DNA of 64,000 nt from Planctomycetota bacterium (GCA_965223845.1 CBDCXR010000004.1:1184001-1248000), one strand, 5' to 3'; shown: positions 29,014 to 40,377, numbered from the stretch's first letter. Numbers and translations are program-made. Notes: generated from the letters alone by a model not told the origin.

Positions 29014-31269
29014 GTGACACCACTCGACTTGCCCCCGCGCCGCGTGCGCTCGCTCAACGTCGATGGGATCAGCGCGGCCCGGGGCACGGAGCGCCGCGTC
29101 CTCGTCCTCTCGATCGCGATTCTCGTCGCGGGTGCGCAGGCTAATGTGGAGGATCCTCCGGCGACGAGCGTCGACCCGTTCGCCGGGATCATCGAGAACG
29201 CTCAGAAGGCGCTCGTCGTCATTCGCTCGAGCGACCGCCGGGGAGAAGAGCGCGGTCTCGGCAGCGGATTCGTGGTGCGCGCGGACGGAATCGTCGCGAC
29301 GAACTTCCACGTCATCGGTCGCGGACGCTCCTTCACGGTCCAGCTTCACGATGGACGGGAGGCTCGACCGACGGAAATCCTCGCGTACGATCGCCACCAG
29401 GACGTCGCGCTCGTTCGCGTCGATCAGAACGAACTCCACGCTCTCCCACTCGCAGCGAAACGCGAGGTTCGCGTCGGCGAGCCGGTTGTCTGCGTCGGGC
29501 ATCCGCTCGGGCTGCGCTCGAGCGTTTCTAAGGGCGTCGTCGCGGCCACGCGGGATGTCGACGAGCGGAGCTTGATTCAGGTTGCGATGCCGATCGAGGA
29601 GGGGAACAGCGGGGGACCGCTGATCGATCGCGACGGTGACGTCATCGGTGTTGTCACGCTCAAATCGACCATCGCCGCCAGCCTCGGCTTCGCCGTTCCG
29701 ATTCGGGAAGTGCGGCGTCTCCTCGACCGTCCCCGTCCCGTGCCCATCGCGCGCTGGCAGACGATCGGAGCGCTGAGTTCCCGCCGGTGGCTGACGCGGT
29801 TCGGCGGCGCGTGGCGACAGCGCGCGGGAAAGCTCGTCGCATCGGGCCAGGGCGGCGGATTCGGCGGACGGATGCTCTGCCTTTCGCGAAAGGCCCCGGC
29901 GGAGGGGCGTCTCGAAATCGCCGTCGAAGTGAAACTCGAGGACGAGCGCGGGGCCGCGGGTCTCGTTTTTCACTCGGATGGAGGCGATCGGCACTACGGT
30001 TTCTATCCGACCTCCGGATCGCTGCGACTGACCTCCTTCGAGGGAGCCGACGTGTACAGTTGGCGCATCCTCGAGACGGTCCGAAGCGATGCCTATCGAA
30101 TCGGCGAGTGGAACGAGATCCGTGTCGTCGTCGAGGGCAAACGCATCGAGTGTTTCTGTAACGGCGAGAGCGTCATCCGAGCGGATGACGAGGCACGAGC
30201 CTCGGGATCGATCGGGCTCGTCAAATTCCGCCGTCCCGGAGCGGAGTTTCGTCGATTCCGGGCGGGCGAGTCGCTCGCTCCCTTTCGCGTCGACTCGGAC
30301 GTCGCGCACAAGATCGTCGCACTTACGGACAAGCTCTCCGATCGAGCCGCCCCGGATTCGAGCGTCGTCGGCGAGCTCGCAGATCTCGGGGACGTCGCCT
30401 CGCGATCGATCGATGTGCGTGCGGACGAACTCGAGAGAAAGATCCAGCGGCTCAGGCACATCGCGCGGCGCGTGCATCACGCCACGATCGAGAGGGCGCT
30501 CGCCGAGGCCGTTGCGGGCGAGAATCGAGATCTCGATCTCTTGCGCGTCGCGCTTCTCATCGCGCGCGGTGACAATCGCGACCTCGACGTCGAGTCTTAC
30601 GTCGAGTGGGTCGACGTCGCCGCGGAGGAGGTCGAGAGTCGATTCGGGGACGACGATGCGGAGCCTCGACGACTCGAGATTCTGACGAGCTACCTCTTCG
30701 ATGAGCTCGGCTTCCACGGAAGTCACAGCCAGTACTACCACCGCTCGAACAGTTACATGAACGAAGTGATCGACGATCGCGAGGGGCTCCCGATCATGCT
30801 CTCCGTCCTCCTCATGGAGTGCGCGAAGCGAGTCGGCCTCCGCGTCGACGGACTAGGCATTCCGTTTCACTTCATCGTTCGATTCGTCCCGAAGGACGGA
30901 GAGCCGGTCCTCCTTGATCCTTTCGATGGCGGGAGAGTGATCACGCGTGCGGACGCGACCGAGCTCAGCGGGAACGCTCTCCGCGAGGAACACCTCGAGC
31001 CCGCGGCGCCGCGCGACATCGCTCTGCGCATCCTCCGCAACTTGATCGGCGTCGCCGAGCGCGAGAGTGACGTGTACGCGATGCTGCGCTATCTCGACTA
31101 TGTCCTCGTCCTCGCCCCCGAGTCGGCGATCGACCGCTGGGCTCGCGCCGTGCTCCGCTTCCGCACCGCGCGACCGGCGGGAGCCCGCGAAGATCTCGAG
31201 TGGCTGCTCGAGCACCCGAGTGCGGACGTCGACCGGGCGAACGTCGAGGACTTGCTTCGGAGACTCTGA
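29014..31269 (+). CDS. trypsin-like (S1C) serine protease + DUF1080-like domain + SirB1/transglutaminase-like domain + TPR
   Basis: GSGF, TNFHV, DVAL and GNSGGP triad motifs; beta-sandwich middle ([10 protein letters not shown]...CNGE); LFDELGF..NSYMNEV..REGLPI..PFHF SirB1 motif; start uncertain. Confidence 0.82.
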   Translation: MTPLDLPPRRVRSLNVDGISAARGTERRVLVLSIAILVAGAQANVEDPPATSVDPFAGIIENAQKALVVIRSSDRRGEERGLGSGFVVRADGIVATNFHVIGRGRSFTVQLHDGREARPTEILAYDRHQDVALVRVDQNELHALPLAAKREVRVGEPVVCVGHPLGLRSSVSKGVVAATRDVDERSLIQVAMPIEEGNSGGPLIDRDGDVIGVVTLKSTIAASLGFAVPIREVRRLLDRPRPVPIARWQTIGALSSRRWLTRFGGAWRQRAGKLVASGQGGGFGGRMLCLSRKAPAEGRLEIAVEVKLEDERGAAGLVFHSDGGDRHYGFYPTSGSLRLTSFEGADVYSWRILETVRSDAYRIGEWNEIRVVVEGKRIECFCNGESVIRADDEARASGSIGLVKFRRPGAEFRRFRAGESLAPFRVDSDVAHKIVALTDKLSDRAAPDSSVVGELADLGDVASRSIDVRADELERKIQRLRHIARRVHHATIERALAEAVAGENRDLDLLRVALLIARGDNRDLDVESYVEWVDVAAEEVESRFGDDDAEPRRLEILTSYLFDELGFHGSHSQYYHRSNSYMNEVIDDREGLPIMLSVLLMECAKRVGLRVDGLGIPFHFIVRFVPKDGEPVLLDPFDGGRVITRADATELSGNALREEHLEPAAPRDIALRILRNLIGVAERESDVYAMLRYLDYVLVLAPESAIDRWARAVLRFRTARPAGAREDLEWLLEHPSADVDRANVEDLLRRL

Positions 31270-31321
31270 ACGCGTTGGCGGCGTTCCGCCGGCGAGCGAC
31301 CGGCCGAGGTACCCAAGGACC

Positions 31322-32770
31322 ATGCCGACTCGAAATGTGATCGCCGAGCTGCGCGAGGTCGTTACGAGCACTCGCCTCTACGACGACCTCACCGCGATCG
31401 CACCCTACGAGTCGGATGCACTCACCGCGTTTCGCGCGCGTCCGCTTTGCGTCGTGCTGCCTGAGACGGCGGCCGAAGTCGTGCGCATTCTCGAGATCTG
31501 TCACGCGGCCGAGGTTCCGTTCGTCGCGCGCGGGAGCGGGACGAGTCTCTCCGGCGGCTCGCTCCCGGTTCCCGGCGGAGTCGTGATCGGGCTCAACCGC
31601 CTGAACCGCATCCTTCGCATCGACCCCGAAGCTCGACTCGCCGTCGTCGAGCCGGGTGCGATCAACCTCGCGATCTCCCAGGCGGCGGAGCCCTACGGTC
31701 TTTACTACGCGCCGGATCCGTCGAGTCAATCCGTGTGCACGATCGGTGGCAACGTCGCGTTCAATTCGGGCGGAGCGCACTGCCTCCGGCACGGGATGAC
31801 ATCGAATCACGTTCTCGCGCTCACGGTCGCCCTGCCCGACGGAACGATCGCCGAGCTCGGGGACGCGAGCCGCGAGGTGAGCGGGCCGGATTACGTGGGA
31901 CTCTTCGTCGGCTCCGAAGGTCTCTTCGGTGTGGCGCTCGAGATCACGGTACGGCTTCTGCCGAAACCCGAAGCCTACGAAACGGTCCTCGCGTCGTATG
32001 CATCGCTCGAGGCGGCGGGAGACGCCGTCGCGCGAGTCGTCGCCTCCGGTCTCCTCCCCGGCGCCATGGAGATCATGGACCGGCTCGCAATCGAGGCGGC
32101 CGAGGCGGCGGTCGGCGCCGGCTATCCGCGGGAAGCGGCCGCGGTCCTCATCGTCGAGCTCGAGGGGCTCCGGGAGTCGGTCGCGGCGGAGTCGGCTCGA
32201 CTGCGCGAGACGATCGCGGCGACCGGCGCGACGGAAGTGCGCGTCGCGGACTCGAGCGAAGAGCGGATGGCGATCTGGCGGGGAAGAAAGAGCGCGTTCT
32301 CCGCAGTCGGTCGCCTGAGCCCCGACTACATCGTGCAGGACGGCGTCGTCCCGCGCGGGCGACTCGGCGAAGCGCTCGCCGCGATCGAGCGCATGAGCGA
32401 GTCGGCGGGCATCCGCGTCGCGAACGTGTTCCACGCCGGAGACGGAAACCTACACCCGCTCATCCTCTACGACGGTCGCGAGGCCGGAGCTCTCGCTCGC
32501 GCCGAAGCCCTCGCGGGGGATATTCTCCGGCTCTGTGTCGAGCTTGGAGGTTCGATCACGGGCGAGCACGGCGTTGGCGTCGAGAAGCGGGAGTACCTCC
32601 CGGACATGTTCTCGCCGATCGATATTGCTCTCATGAAGGATGTTCGCCGCGCGATCGATCCACTCGAGCTCTCTAATCCCGGGAAGATGTTTCCGGGAGG
32701 AGACGCGCCTTCACTCGGGGCCTCTGCACCGCATCCCCTCGAGCGAGCGGGAGTCATCAGTCGCGAATGA
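31322..32770 (+). CDS. glcD: glycolate oxidase FAD-linked subunit
   Basis: [34 protein letters not shown]; first gene of an overlapping triplet. Confidence 0.9.
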   Translation: MPTRNVIAELREVVTSTRLYDDLTAIAPYESDALTAFRARPLCVVLPETAAEVVRILEICHAAEVPFVARGSGTSLSGGSLPVPGGVVIGLNRLNRILRIDPEARLAVVEPGAINLAISQAAEPYGLYYAPDPSSQSVCTIGGNVAFNSGGAHCLRHGMTSNHVLALTVALPDGTIAELGDASREVSGPDYVGLFVGSEGLFGVALEITVRLLPKPEAYETVLASYASLEAAGDAVARVVASGLLPGAMEIMDRLAIEAAEAAVGAGYPREAAAVLIVELEGLRESVAAESARLRETIAATGATEVRVADSSEERMAIWRGRKSAFSAVGRLSPDYIVQDGVVPRGRLGEALAAIERMSESAGIRVANVFHAGDGNLHPLILYDGREAGALARAEALAGDILRLCVELGGSITGEHGVGVEKREYLPDMFSPIDIALMKDVRRAIDPLELSNPGKMFPGGDAPSLGASAPHPLERAGVISRE

Positions 32771-33885
32771 GCGAGATGGAATCCTCCGCCGAGCGAACGC
32801 CGTCGCGATCGGAGCCTCGCCGAGCGACATCGGCCGAAGGGGTCGCGACCTGCGTGCGCGAGTCGGCACGGGTCCTCCCCGTCGGCCGGAGGACGAAGCC
32901 CTCGCTCTCCGGCGCTCCTTCGGACGTGACCCTGATCGACATGGCCGAGCTTCGCGGCATCGTCGAGTACGCGCCGGGCGAGTACACCGTGACGGCGAGA
33001 GCCGGGACGCCGCTCGCGCAGATCGAAGAGGCGCTCGCCGAGCACGGTCAGTTCCTCCCGTTCGAGCCACCACTCAGTCGTGCCGGGGCGACTCTCGGCG
33101 GAGCGATCGCATCGGGGTTGAGCGGCTCGCTCCAGCATCGCTACGGCGGCCCGCGAGACTTCGTGCTCGGTGTTCGGTTCGTCGACGGTGAAGGGCGAAT
33201 CGCGCGCGGCGGCGGTCGCGTCGTCAAGAACGCCGCGGGCTTCGACTTCCCGAAGCTCTTCGTCGGGAGCGCAGGGCGGCTCGGGGTCCTCATCGAAGCG
33301 ACGCTCAAGGTCTTCCCGCGGCCACCGGCCTTCGCCACGCGCCGCTTCGAGCTCGCGGGAACGGAAGAGGCGCTCGAAGCACTCGTCGCCCTCGGTGCGA
33401 GTCCCCTCGATCTCGCGGCGCTCGATTTCGAGCCGCCGCAGTCGATCGTTGTCCGCGTGGGCGGTGAGGCGGACGGGATGAATGCCCACGTCGCGCGCGT
33501 CGAGCGCGCGCTCGCGCGAGCGGGCGATCGCCCGCACGACGACGAGGCATTTTGGGCACGAGTGAGCGAGCTCGAGTGGGCGGACGGCGGCGGCGCCCTC
33601 GTCAAGCTGTCGACAACCCCCCGGCGCATCGTCGAGCTCGACGCGGAGCTCGGTAACGCGGGCGTCGTGCGCCGCTACACCGCGGGCGGCCACGTCGCGT
33701 GGACGAGTTGGCCGCGGGACGCGACGCGCGACGACGTCGAGTCGCTCCTTCGCCGGGTGGACGCGCGCGGCCTCGTCGTCCGTGGACTCGAAGGACCGCC
33801 GCTCCTTCCCCCGCGCCCGAACGGATTCGCCGACCGCGTCCGAACGGCGCTCGACCCGCGACGAAAGTTCTTGGAGCTGGAGTGA
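32767..33885 (+). CDS. glcE: glycolate oxidase FAD-binding subunit
   Basis: [30 protein letters not shown]; ATGA overlap with glcD. Confidence 0.88.
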   Translation: MSEMESSAERTPSRSEPRRATSAEGVATCVRESARVLPVGRRTKPSLSGAPSDVTLIDMAELRGIVEYAPGEYTVTARAGTPLAQIEEALAEHGQFLPFEPPLSRAGATLGGAIASGLSGSLQHRYGGPRDFVLGVRFVDGEGRIARGGGRVVKNAAGFDFPKLFVGSAGRLGVLIEATLKVFPRPPAFATRRFELAGTEEALEALVALGASPLDLAALDFEPPQSIVVRVGGEADGMNAHVARVERALARAGDRPHDDEAFWARVSELEWADGGGALVKLSTTPRRIVELDAELGNAGVVRRYTAGGHVAWTSWPRDATRDDVESLLRRVDARGLVVRGLEGPPLLPPRPNGFADRVRTALDPRRKFLELE

Positions 33886-35162
33886 TGCAGCATCGCATCG
33901 ACGCGGCGAAGTGGGGGCCGAACGGCCGAGCGATGGCGAGTGCCGTCGGTGCGTGCGTCCACTGCGGCTTCTGTCTCCCCACCTGTCCGACGTACCGCGT
34001 CCTCGAAGAAGAGATGGATTCCCCGCGCGGTCGCATCTTTCTCATGAAGGAGGCGCTCGAAGAGAAACTTTCGCTCGACGAGGTCGCGCCGTACGTCGAC
34101 CGCTGTCTCGGCTGCCTCGCCTGCGAAACTTCCTGTCCGTCCGGCGTCGCCTACGGCGAACTCGTGACGCCGTTTCGCGCACTTCTCGAGTCGTCCGCGA
34201 GGGGAGCCGGGCGCGGTCGATGGTGGCGCCGCACGATCGTGGGCACGCTCGCGCGTCCCGCGAGGTTTCGCGCGGCCGCTCGGCTCGGAGGAATCGGGCG
34301 GCGTTGGGCCAAGTTTCTCCCGCCGAGGTTGCGCGCGATGCTCGCGCTCCTTCCCCGGATCCTTCCGCAAGTGCGCTCGCTCCCCGATCGAGTCGCACCG
34401 ATCGGGGAGCGGCGCGCTCGAGTCGCTCTGCTCGCCGGCTGCGCGCAGCAGGCGCTCGCCCCGGAGATCAATGTCGCGACCCTGCGAGTTCTCGCGGTGA
34501 ATGGCGTCGAAGTCGTCGTCCCGCCCGATCAGGGGTGCTGCGGAGCGCTCTCGATGCATACGGGATTCGCCGGCGACGCGCGACGAGCCGCGCGGCGGAA
34601 TCTCGCGAGTTTCCCGGCCGACGTCGACGCGATCGTCACCAACGCCGCGGGCTGCGGCTCCGGGATGCGCGAGTACCGCCAACTCTTCGCGGGCGAGTCC
34701 GAAGCCGAACGGGCCGCCGAGTTCGCCCGACGCGTCTTCGACGTCGCGAGCTTTCTCGACGAGCTCGGTCTCGTTCCGCCTCCGCCGCCGCTCGCCCGGC
34801 CGACGACCGTCGCCTACCACGACGCTTGTCACTTGGGGCACGCCCAGCGTGTCGTCGCCGCTCCGCGGCGTTTGCTCGGTGCGATCGACGGGCTCAAGCT
34901 AAGATCGCCGCGGGATCCCGAGGTCTGCTGCGGCTCCGCCGGAATCTACAATCTCGAACAACCCGAGATCGCCGCCCAGTTGGGTGACGCGAAGGCGCGC
35001 GCGCTCGCCGAGACGGGCGCGCCGGTGGTCGCGACGGGGAACATCGGCTGCATGGCGCAGATTCGAATCCACCTCGAACGTCGGCGCGCTTCCGACGTCG
35101 GCGTCCTTCACACGATGGAAGTCCTCGATCGGGCATACCGGAGAGTGCCGCTGGTACCGTGA
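33885..35162 (+). CDS. glcF: glycolate oxidase iron-sulfur subunit
   Basis: CVHCGFCLPTC and CLGCLACETSC 4Fe-4S motifs; two CCG domains; TGATG overlap with glcE. Confidence 0.9.
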   Translation: MQHRIDAAKWGPNGRAMASAVGACVHCGFCLPTCPTYRVLEEEMDSPRGRIFLMKEALEEKLSLDEVAPYVDRCLGCLACETSCPSGVAYGELVTPFRALLESSARGAGRGRWWRRTIVGTLARPARFRAAARLGGIGRRWAKFLPPRLRAMLALLPRILPQVRSLPDRVAPIGERRARVALLAGCAQQALAPEINVATLRVLAVNGVEVVVPPDQGCCGALSMHTGFAGDARRAARRNLASFPADVDAIVTNAAGCGSGMREYRQLFAGESEAERAAEFARRVFDVASFLDELGLVPPPPPLARPTTVAYHDACHLGHAQRVVAAPRRLLGAIDGLKLRSPRDPEVCCGSAGIYNLEQPEIAAQLGDAKARALAETGAPVVATGNIGCMAQIRIHLERRRASDVGVLHTMEVLDRAYRRVPLVP

Positions 35163-35283
35163 TTCGACGGCGCGCTCCGACTTGACCCCGTCGTGGTTGA
35201 GAGATAAGACTCGGGCCTTCAAACGCGCTCCCGATCGCGCGAGTTTCTCGTTCCGTCCGAACCGTTTCGAAGCCACCGATCCG

Positions 35284-36060
35284 ATGCGAGTCATCACTCT
35301 CAACGTCAACGGCATTCGCTCGGCCCAGCGCAAGGGCGTCTTCCCCTGGCTTCGCCGCCAGAACGCCGACGTGATCTGTTTCCAAGAGCTGAAGGCGCAG
35401 CCCGATCAGATCGAGGAGCGCGACTTCCACCTCTCCGGCTACCATCGCTATCTCCACTGCGCCGAGAAGAAGGGATACAGCGGCGTCGCGATCTACTCGC
35501 GCGTCGAGCCGCGCAAGGTCGTTCACGGCATCGGCTGGTCGGACGTGGACGTCGAGGGACGCTACATCGAGGCGCAGTTCCCTGGCCTCAGCGTCGTTTC
35601 CATCTACGTCCACTCGGGCTCGTCGAGCGACGAACGCCAGCAGATCAAGTTCGGGTTTCTGGATCGCTTTCTCCCTTACCTTCGGTCACTGCGGCGGAAG
35701 CGCCGCGAGTACGTCCTCTGCGGCGACTGGAATATCGCGCACAAAAAGATCGACATCAAAAACTGGCGCTCGAACCAGAAGAACTCGGGCTTCCTTCCGG
35801 AAGAGCGCGAGTGGATGGATCGCTTGTTCGGGGAAGCGGGATTCGTCGATTCGTTTCGAGTCGTCAATCAAAACGCGGACGAATACACCTGGTGGTCGAA
35901 CCGCGGGCGCGCGCGGGAGAAGAACGTCGGCTGGCGCATCGACTACCAAGTCGTGACGCCGGGGATGAAGGACGCGATCCAGTCGGCCGCGATCTACCGG
36001 CGAAAGAGCTTCTCGGATCACGCGCCGCTGACGATCGACTACGACGTCGCTCTCGGTTGA
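35284..36060 (+). CDS. xth: exodeoxyribonuclease III
   Basis: NVNGIR, QELK, GYSGVA, GDWN, YTWW, GWRIDY, SDHAP. Confidence 0.95.
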   Translation: MRVITLNVNGIRSAQRKGVFPWLRRQNADVICFQELKAQPDQIEERDFHLSGYHRYLHCAEKKGYSGVAIYSRVEPRKVVHGIGWSDVDVEGRYIEAQFPGLSVVSIYVHSGSSSDERQQIKFGFLDRFLPYLRSLRRKRREYVLCGDWNIAHKKIDIKNWRSNQKNSGFLPEEREWMDRLFGEAGFVDSFRVVNQNADEYTWWSNRGRAREKNVGWRIDYQVVTPGMKDAIQSAAIYRRKSFSDHAPLTIDYDVALG

Positions 36061-36077
36061 ACTCCGCGCACGCTCGA

Positions 36078-37298
36078 TCAGCGGACGAGGATCAGATTCT
36101 CGGACGTCCCTTCAAAGACGACGAGTCCTTCGCCGAAGAGGGGCGCTTCCCGTCCCAGATCTAGATCCGGCGTGCCGGCGACGGTCTCGAGGTCTTCCCG
36201 AAAGCCCACGATCTCCGGAAAGCCGCCGTTCGTAAACGTGAGCAGCTGCGCTGTGCCGGAGTCGACCGCGTAGAAGAAGCTTCCGCTCGGTCCCTCGATG
36301 ATCCCGAATGCGCGGATGTCGAAAGTGCCCCCGAGCACGTCTTCAAAGTCCGCGGGGAGCGTGAACACCGACATCTCGGTTCCCGCGGGATTGACGATCA
36401 CCGTAGCGACCCCGCGATCACCGTCCGCGACGAGAATGTAGAGCGCGTCGGAGCTCGACTCCGTGGCGACGCTCAGGATGTGGAGATCGAGTACCTCCGG
36501 CAGCAGACCGACGAGCGCATCGTGCGAGACCCAAGTCTCGACGCTTCCGTTCACCGCGATGCGCACGATCCCGCCGTCCGAGAGAAACCAGCCGAACTGG
36601 CTGTCGGTATCTCCTCCGCGAACCAGTCCCGCGAGTGCGAAGGCGGTGTTCGGGAGGTCGGCCGCGTCCACGAGATCGAGCACGTCGACGAAGACCGAAG
36701 CGTTGCCGAAGTTGTCGAAGCGGAGAATGTGGCCGCTCTCGAGGTCTTGCGCGACGATCTGATTCGCGAGAAGTGAGCGCGCGTGGTGGATGCGGGCGCT
36801 CGACTCGCCCGTCGCGTCGGTGACCTGGTCCTCGGTCGCGTGGACGTGAACCGTGCCGTCGGTCTCGAAGCGAAGGAGAAGGCCGGAGACGCCGTCCGCG
36901 GCGATGATCTGATCGGCGAGCGCTCCGCCGAGGAGCTGGTCGATCGAGCCGAGATCGACGTCGGCCGCCCCGCTCACGGCCGTGATCTCGTCGCGGGTCG
37001 CGAAAATGAACGGCGTCCCGTCGACGTCGAAGAGGAGGAAGAACTGCGATTCGGCGTCGAAGGCGAGGATCGGCCCGCCGAGCGTGCCGAAGAAGGAGCT
37101 CGGGAGAAACGACGCCGCGGCGGTGAGGTCGCTGATCTCGTCGACCGACGTGAAGAGAAACACGTTCCCTTCGACGGCACCGTCTCCACCCGAGCCGCCG
37201 CTGCTGCATGCCGCGAGGAGGAGCGTTCCGGCGAGGAGTCCGGCCGTCGATGAGCGAGAGAAGCGCGAGGCCAGCGTTCGGCGAAGTGTCGTTCGCAT
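36078..37298 (-). CDS. acidic lipoprotein with seven internal ~50-aa repeats (putative beta-propeller)
   Basis: LAAC lipobox with Gly/Ser linker; repeated F/H/W-x-T/S-x-D-E/Q/A-I/V/L helix motif and D..SG..LRF..DG strand motif. Confidence 0.75.
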   Translation of the reverse strand: MRTTLRRTLASRFSRSSTAGLLAGTLLLAACSSGGSGGDGAVEGNVFLFTSVDEISDLTAAASFLPSSFFGTLGGPILAFDAESQFFLLFDVDGTPFIFATRDEITAVSGAADVDLGSIDQLLGGALADQIIAADGVSGLLLRFETDGTVHVHATEDQVTDATGESSARIHHARSLLANQIVAQDLESGHILRFDNFGNASVFVDVLDLVDAADLPNTAFALAGLVRGGDTDSQFGWFLSDGGIVRIAVNGSVETWVSHDALVGLLPEVLDLHILSVATESSSDALYILVADGDRGVATVIVNPAGTEMSVFTLPADFEDVLGGTFDIRAFGIIEGPSGSFFYAVDSGTAQLLTFTNGGFPEIVGFREDLETVAGTPDLDLGREAPLFGEGLVVFEGTSENLILVR

Positions 37299-37520
37299 AG
37301 ACAAGAGTTCCGATTTGAAGAGGTCGAGTTTCGAGGAGCGCGAGGGGGAGACGGAGCGGCCGGCCGATCGGGCGAAGGGGTCGCCCGGAGTGAACATCGC
37401 GGGAATCGGGGTCGATGAGCGAGCGTAAGGCGGCATCCACCGCGCGTCAAAAACCGCTTGTCGTCCCGCGTCGGATCCCCGTCTCGCCGAGAGATGAGCA
37501 AGAATCGCGCCGGACGGCGG

Positions 37521-37946
37521 TCAGCAGCTTCCTCGGGCGCGCTCGAACGGTTCACGGAGTTCGCCCGGAAGCGCCCTCGGTCGTCCGTCGCTTCCGATGC
37601 TCGCGAGAACGGTGTGCCCGTCTGCGATGAGCTCGTCCTCGGCCGAGCGAATCTCGTAATCGAGCCGGACGCGAACCCGGGAGACGTCCGTTACCCGGGT
37701 GCCGATCCGAAGGACCTGGTCGTATCCCGCCTTGCGACGAAAGCGCGCGGCGGCTTCGACGACCATGAGAAGGAACCCCTGCGCCTCGAGGTCGGCGTAC
37801 GCCAAGCCGAACTCGCGAATCATCTCGGTCCGTCCGAGCTCGAAGTAAACGAAGTACTGGCCGTGATAGACGACTCCCATTTGATCGGTCTCGCCGTAGC
37901 GGACCCGAGTCGTCGTCCAGTGCGTTCCGTCGTCGCTCGAGCTCAC
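37521..37946 (-). CDS. acyl-CoA thioesterase (YbgC/FadM family)
   Basis: RVRYGETDQMGVVYHGQY..FELGR. Confidence 0.9.
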   Translation of the reverse strand: MSSSDDGTHWTTTRVRYGETDQMGVVYHGQYFVYFELGRTEMIREFGLAYADLEAQGFLLMVVEAAARFRRKAGYDQVLRIGTRVTDVSRVRVRLDYEIRSAEDELIADGHTVLASIGSDGRPRALPGELREPFERARGSC

Positions 37947-39460
37947 GCGCCGGCCGCTCGCACCCGAGCGATGAGTCCGCTGTCGGCCTCGGCCGACCCC
38001 CGCAGAAGATAGAGGCTCGACGCGAGAAAACGTGACCGGGCGGCGCCGTGCATCGTGGCGTAGTCTTCGAGGACGGCGGAGCTGAACTTGTAGTCGTGCG
38101 CGTTCGTGCCCTTGGCGAAGATCAGGCGACGCGCCTCGGCGACCAGAGCGTTCGGATCGGCGCCCGACTCGAGATAGTGAAGAGCCTGCCGGCAGGCCGA
38201 GTCCCGATCTCGGTTCACTTCGGCGAAGATCGACGCGAGTGAGCCGGGGGCCTTCTCGCTCGGTTGCAGCTCGTCGATCCTTCGTTCGCGTAGTTCGCCT
38301 CTCCCCTTCGCTGATTCGCGGAAGAGCGGAAGAAACGATGCCATCTGCAGAAGAAGCAGCTTGCGCGTGCTTTCGTCGGACGTGTGATGGAAAAGATAGT
38401 GGACGGCGTTTGCGGTCGTGACGGCATGGAGCGGGAGGATGCCGGGCTGGCGCATGACGAGTTCGCCTGAATACGCGAACATCGCGTCCCAGGCGCTGCG
38501 CGGGTGAACTCCTCGCTTCACGAGATCGATCACGTGGCCGCTCGCCTCGCTCGGCGTCGCGGTGCGAAGCGCCGTCGTGAAGGAGGTCACGGCGCCTTCG
38601 TCGTAGCGTCCACAGAGCCAGTGCTCGTCCAGCTCGCGCACCCGCTCACGATTTTCGCGAAACGGTCGATCGACGGGATCGTCGCGCTTCGCCGGGCTCT
38701 CGCCCTCGTGCTTGAGGAGAGCGTAGGCGAGGGACCGGTACACCGGTTCGGCGTGCTGGACTCCCATCGTGTCGAGAGTGCGAAATGCGTTCGCGACATA
38801 GATCGCCTTGTGGCCGATGTCGCGGTAATCGCGCGCGGCGTAGAGGCAAAAGTCGTCGAAGGCCTGGCCGACGCTCGCCGTGCGCCCGAGCCCCGCCGCC
38901 GCGACGTCGGCCGCCGCTTCGTCCCACGCGTCCATTGCGCCTCGAAACGCCGCGCGCGTCGCCGCGGGGTCCGGGATCCCGGACTCGTTGACCGCAGCCA
39001 TCGTCCAGTCGCCCTCGGAGACGTCACTCGCCTGCGACCGCTTGAAGTCGTCGACCGCCCAGAGGATCGGAAGCCACCGATCGGTGGCCGGCGACGAGAC
39101 GCTCGCGAGGTGGCATGAATGAACGACGAGCACCGCGTGGAATTTGAATCCCACGTGGGGCCGCGGTCGAATGTTGCGGATGCCCGCGAGAAGAAGAGCG
39201 GTCAGGACGTCCCGATAGGGAAGACCGTTCTTCACGCGACGGGCGATCTCCTCGATCGCGCGATCGCGAGGAGTTTCTTCGAGGACGCGGACGAGCGGCT
39301 CGATCGAGGCGTCGAACTCGACTTTCGTCGGCTCGATCTTGGTCTCTTGAGTCCCGACGGGCGGGAGCCCCGCCGCGATGCCGAGCGGACCGCCGAGAAT
39401 CGCGGCACCGCCCGCCGCCGTCGTCTGGAGGAATCGCCGCCGAGTCGTTCGCTTGCGCAT
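37943..39460 (-). CDS. Tat-exported all-helical hypothetical protein with several His motifs
   Basis: TRRRFLQ twin-arginine signal; FKFHAVLVVH, DIGHKAIY, LHAVTTAN, NAHDYKF. Confidence 0.75.
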   Translation of the reverse strand: MRKRTTRRRFLQTTAAGGAAILGGPLGIAAGLPPVGTQETKIEPTKVEFDASIEPLVRVLEETPRDRAIEEIARRVKNGLPYRDVLTALLLAGIRNIRPRPHVGFKFHAVLVVHSCHLASVSSPATDRWLPILWAVDDFKRSQASDVSEGDWTMAAVNESGIPDPAATRAAFRGAMDAWDEAAADVAAAGLGRTASVGQAFDDFCLYAARDYRDIGHKAIYVANAFRTLDTMGVQHAEPVYRSLAYALLKHEGESPAKRDDPVDRPFRENRERVRELDEHWLCGRYDEGAVTSFTTALRTATPSEASGHVIDLVKRGVHPRSAWDAMFAYSGELVMRQPGILPLHAVTTANAVHYLFHHTSDESTRKLLLLQMASFLPLFRESAKGRGELRERRIDELQPSEKAPGSLASIFAEVNRDRDSACRQALHYLESGADPNALVAEARRLIFAKGTNAHDYKFSSAVLEDYATMHGAARSRFLASSLYLLRGSAEADSGLIARVRAAGA

Positions 39461-39549
39461 GGGATTCTCCTTCCGTCGTCAGGGAAGACACTCTTCGCCG
39501 GTAGGAACGCCGGCGAACGGGCTCGCCACGGTCTTTCCGACTCCGGCGT

Positions 39550-40377
39550 CTACTTTACCGCGGCGATGTACGCCACCCAAGCGGACGCATCGTCGCCCTC
39601 GACGCTGAGAGTGAACTCACCGTCGCCATCGCCGTCCTCGTCGGTCCCTTCCCAGTAAACGTCGACCGCCTTGAATCCGGTCTCTTCGAGCGCGTCGCGC
39701 ACTTCGGGCATCGACCAGAGACGCCAGTCGTACGTGAAGGCCTTCTCCATGCGCGAACCGTCCGGTAGATCGAAATGGATGTGGCAGATCGCCTCACCGG
39801 TGATCGGATTGTAGAAGTCTTGATCCCACACGTAGTCGAAGCCGGGATCCTGCTCGGTGCTCTCTTCCTGCGCGACCTGCGCCTCGGGTCCGCCGTAGAG
39901 ATCGAGTACGAAGATTCCGTCCTCGGGAAGCGATTCGTAGACCTTGTCGAAGTACTCTCGTAGGTGCCGGCGGGTCTTGAAAACGAAATACGAGAAGTTG
40001 AACGCGGCGACGACGTCGGCAGACACGTCGACGGCGTCGAGGACGTTTTTCTCGAGGAGATCGATCCGCGATCTCTGCTCCGGATTGAGCTCAGAGAGGT
40101 TGTTCTCTCGTCCCCACTCGAGGGTCGGGCGGTCGAGATCGATCCCGAACGCACGTCCGTCGGCGATCTGACGCGCCCACTCGCAGCAGAGGATCGCCGT
40201 ACCGCAAAAATCCTCCCGAAGCACGGTCGGGCGCTTGTCTCGGTAGCTGTGATAGAGCTTGGTGAGGAACTCGACTTCAAACGGCGGATTCTGAACCGAC
40301 TCTTGGTAGAGGTCGTGTCGGTCCCACTTCTTCGCCTTCTTCTTGCGGCGACGCATGTTCTTGAGGGTCTTACTCAT
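39550..40377 (-). CDS. class I SAM-dependent methyltransferase
   Basis: LREDFCGTA motif I, GIDLD, AFNFSY, GIFVLDLYGG; GAGGA RBS upstream of 40377. Confidence 0.88.
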   Translation of the reverse strand: MSKTLKNMRRRKKKAKKWDRHDLYQESVQNPPFEVEFLTKLYHSYRDKRPTVLREDFCGTAILCCEWARQIADGRAFGIDLDRPTLEWGRENNLSELNPEQRSRIDLLEKNVLDAVDVSADVVAAFNFSYFVFKTRRHLREYFDKVYESLPEDGIFVLDLYGGPEAQVAQEESTEQDPGFDYVWDQDFYNPITGEAICHIHFDLPDGSRMEKAFTYDWRLWSMPEVRDALEETGFKAVDVYWEGTDEDGDGDGEFTLSVEGDDASAWVAYIAAVK

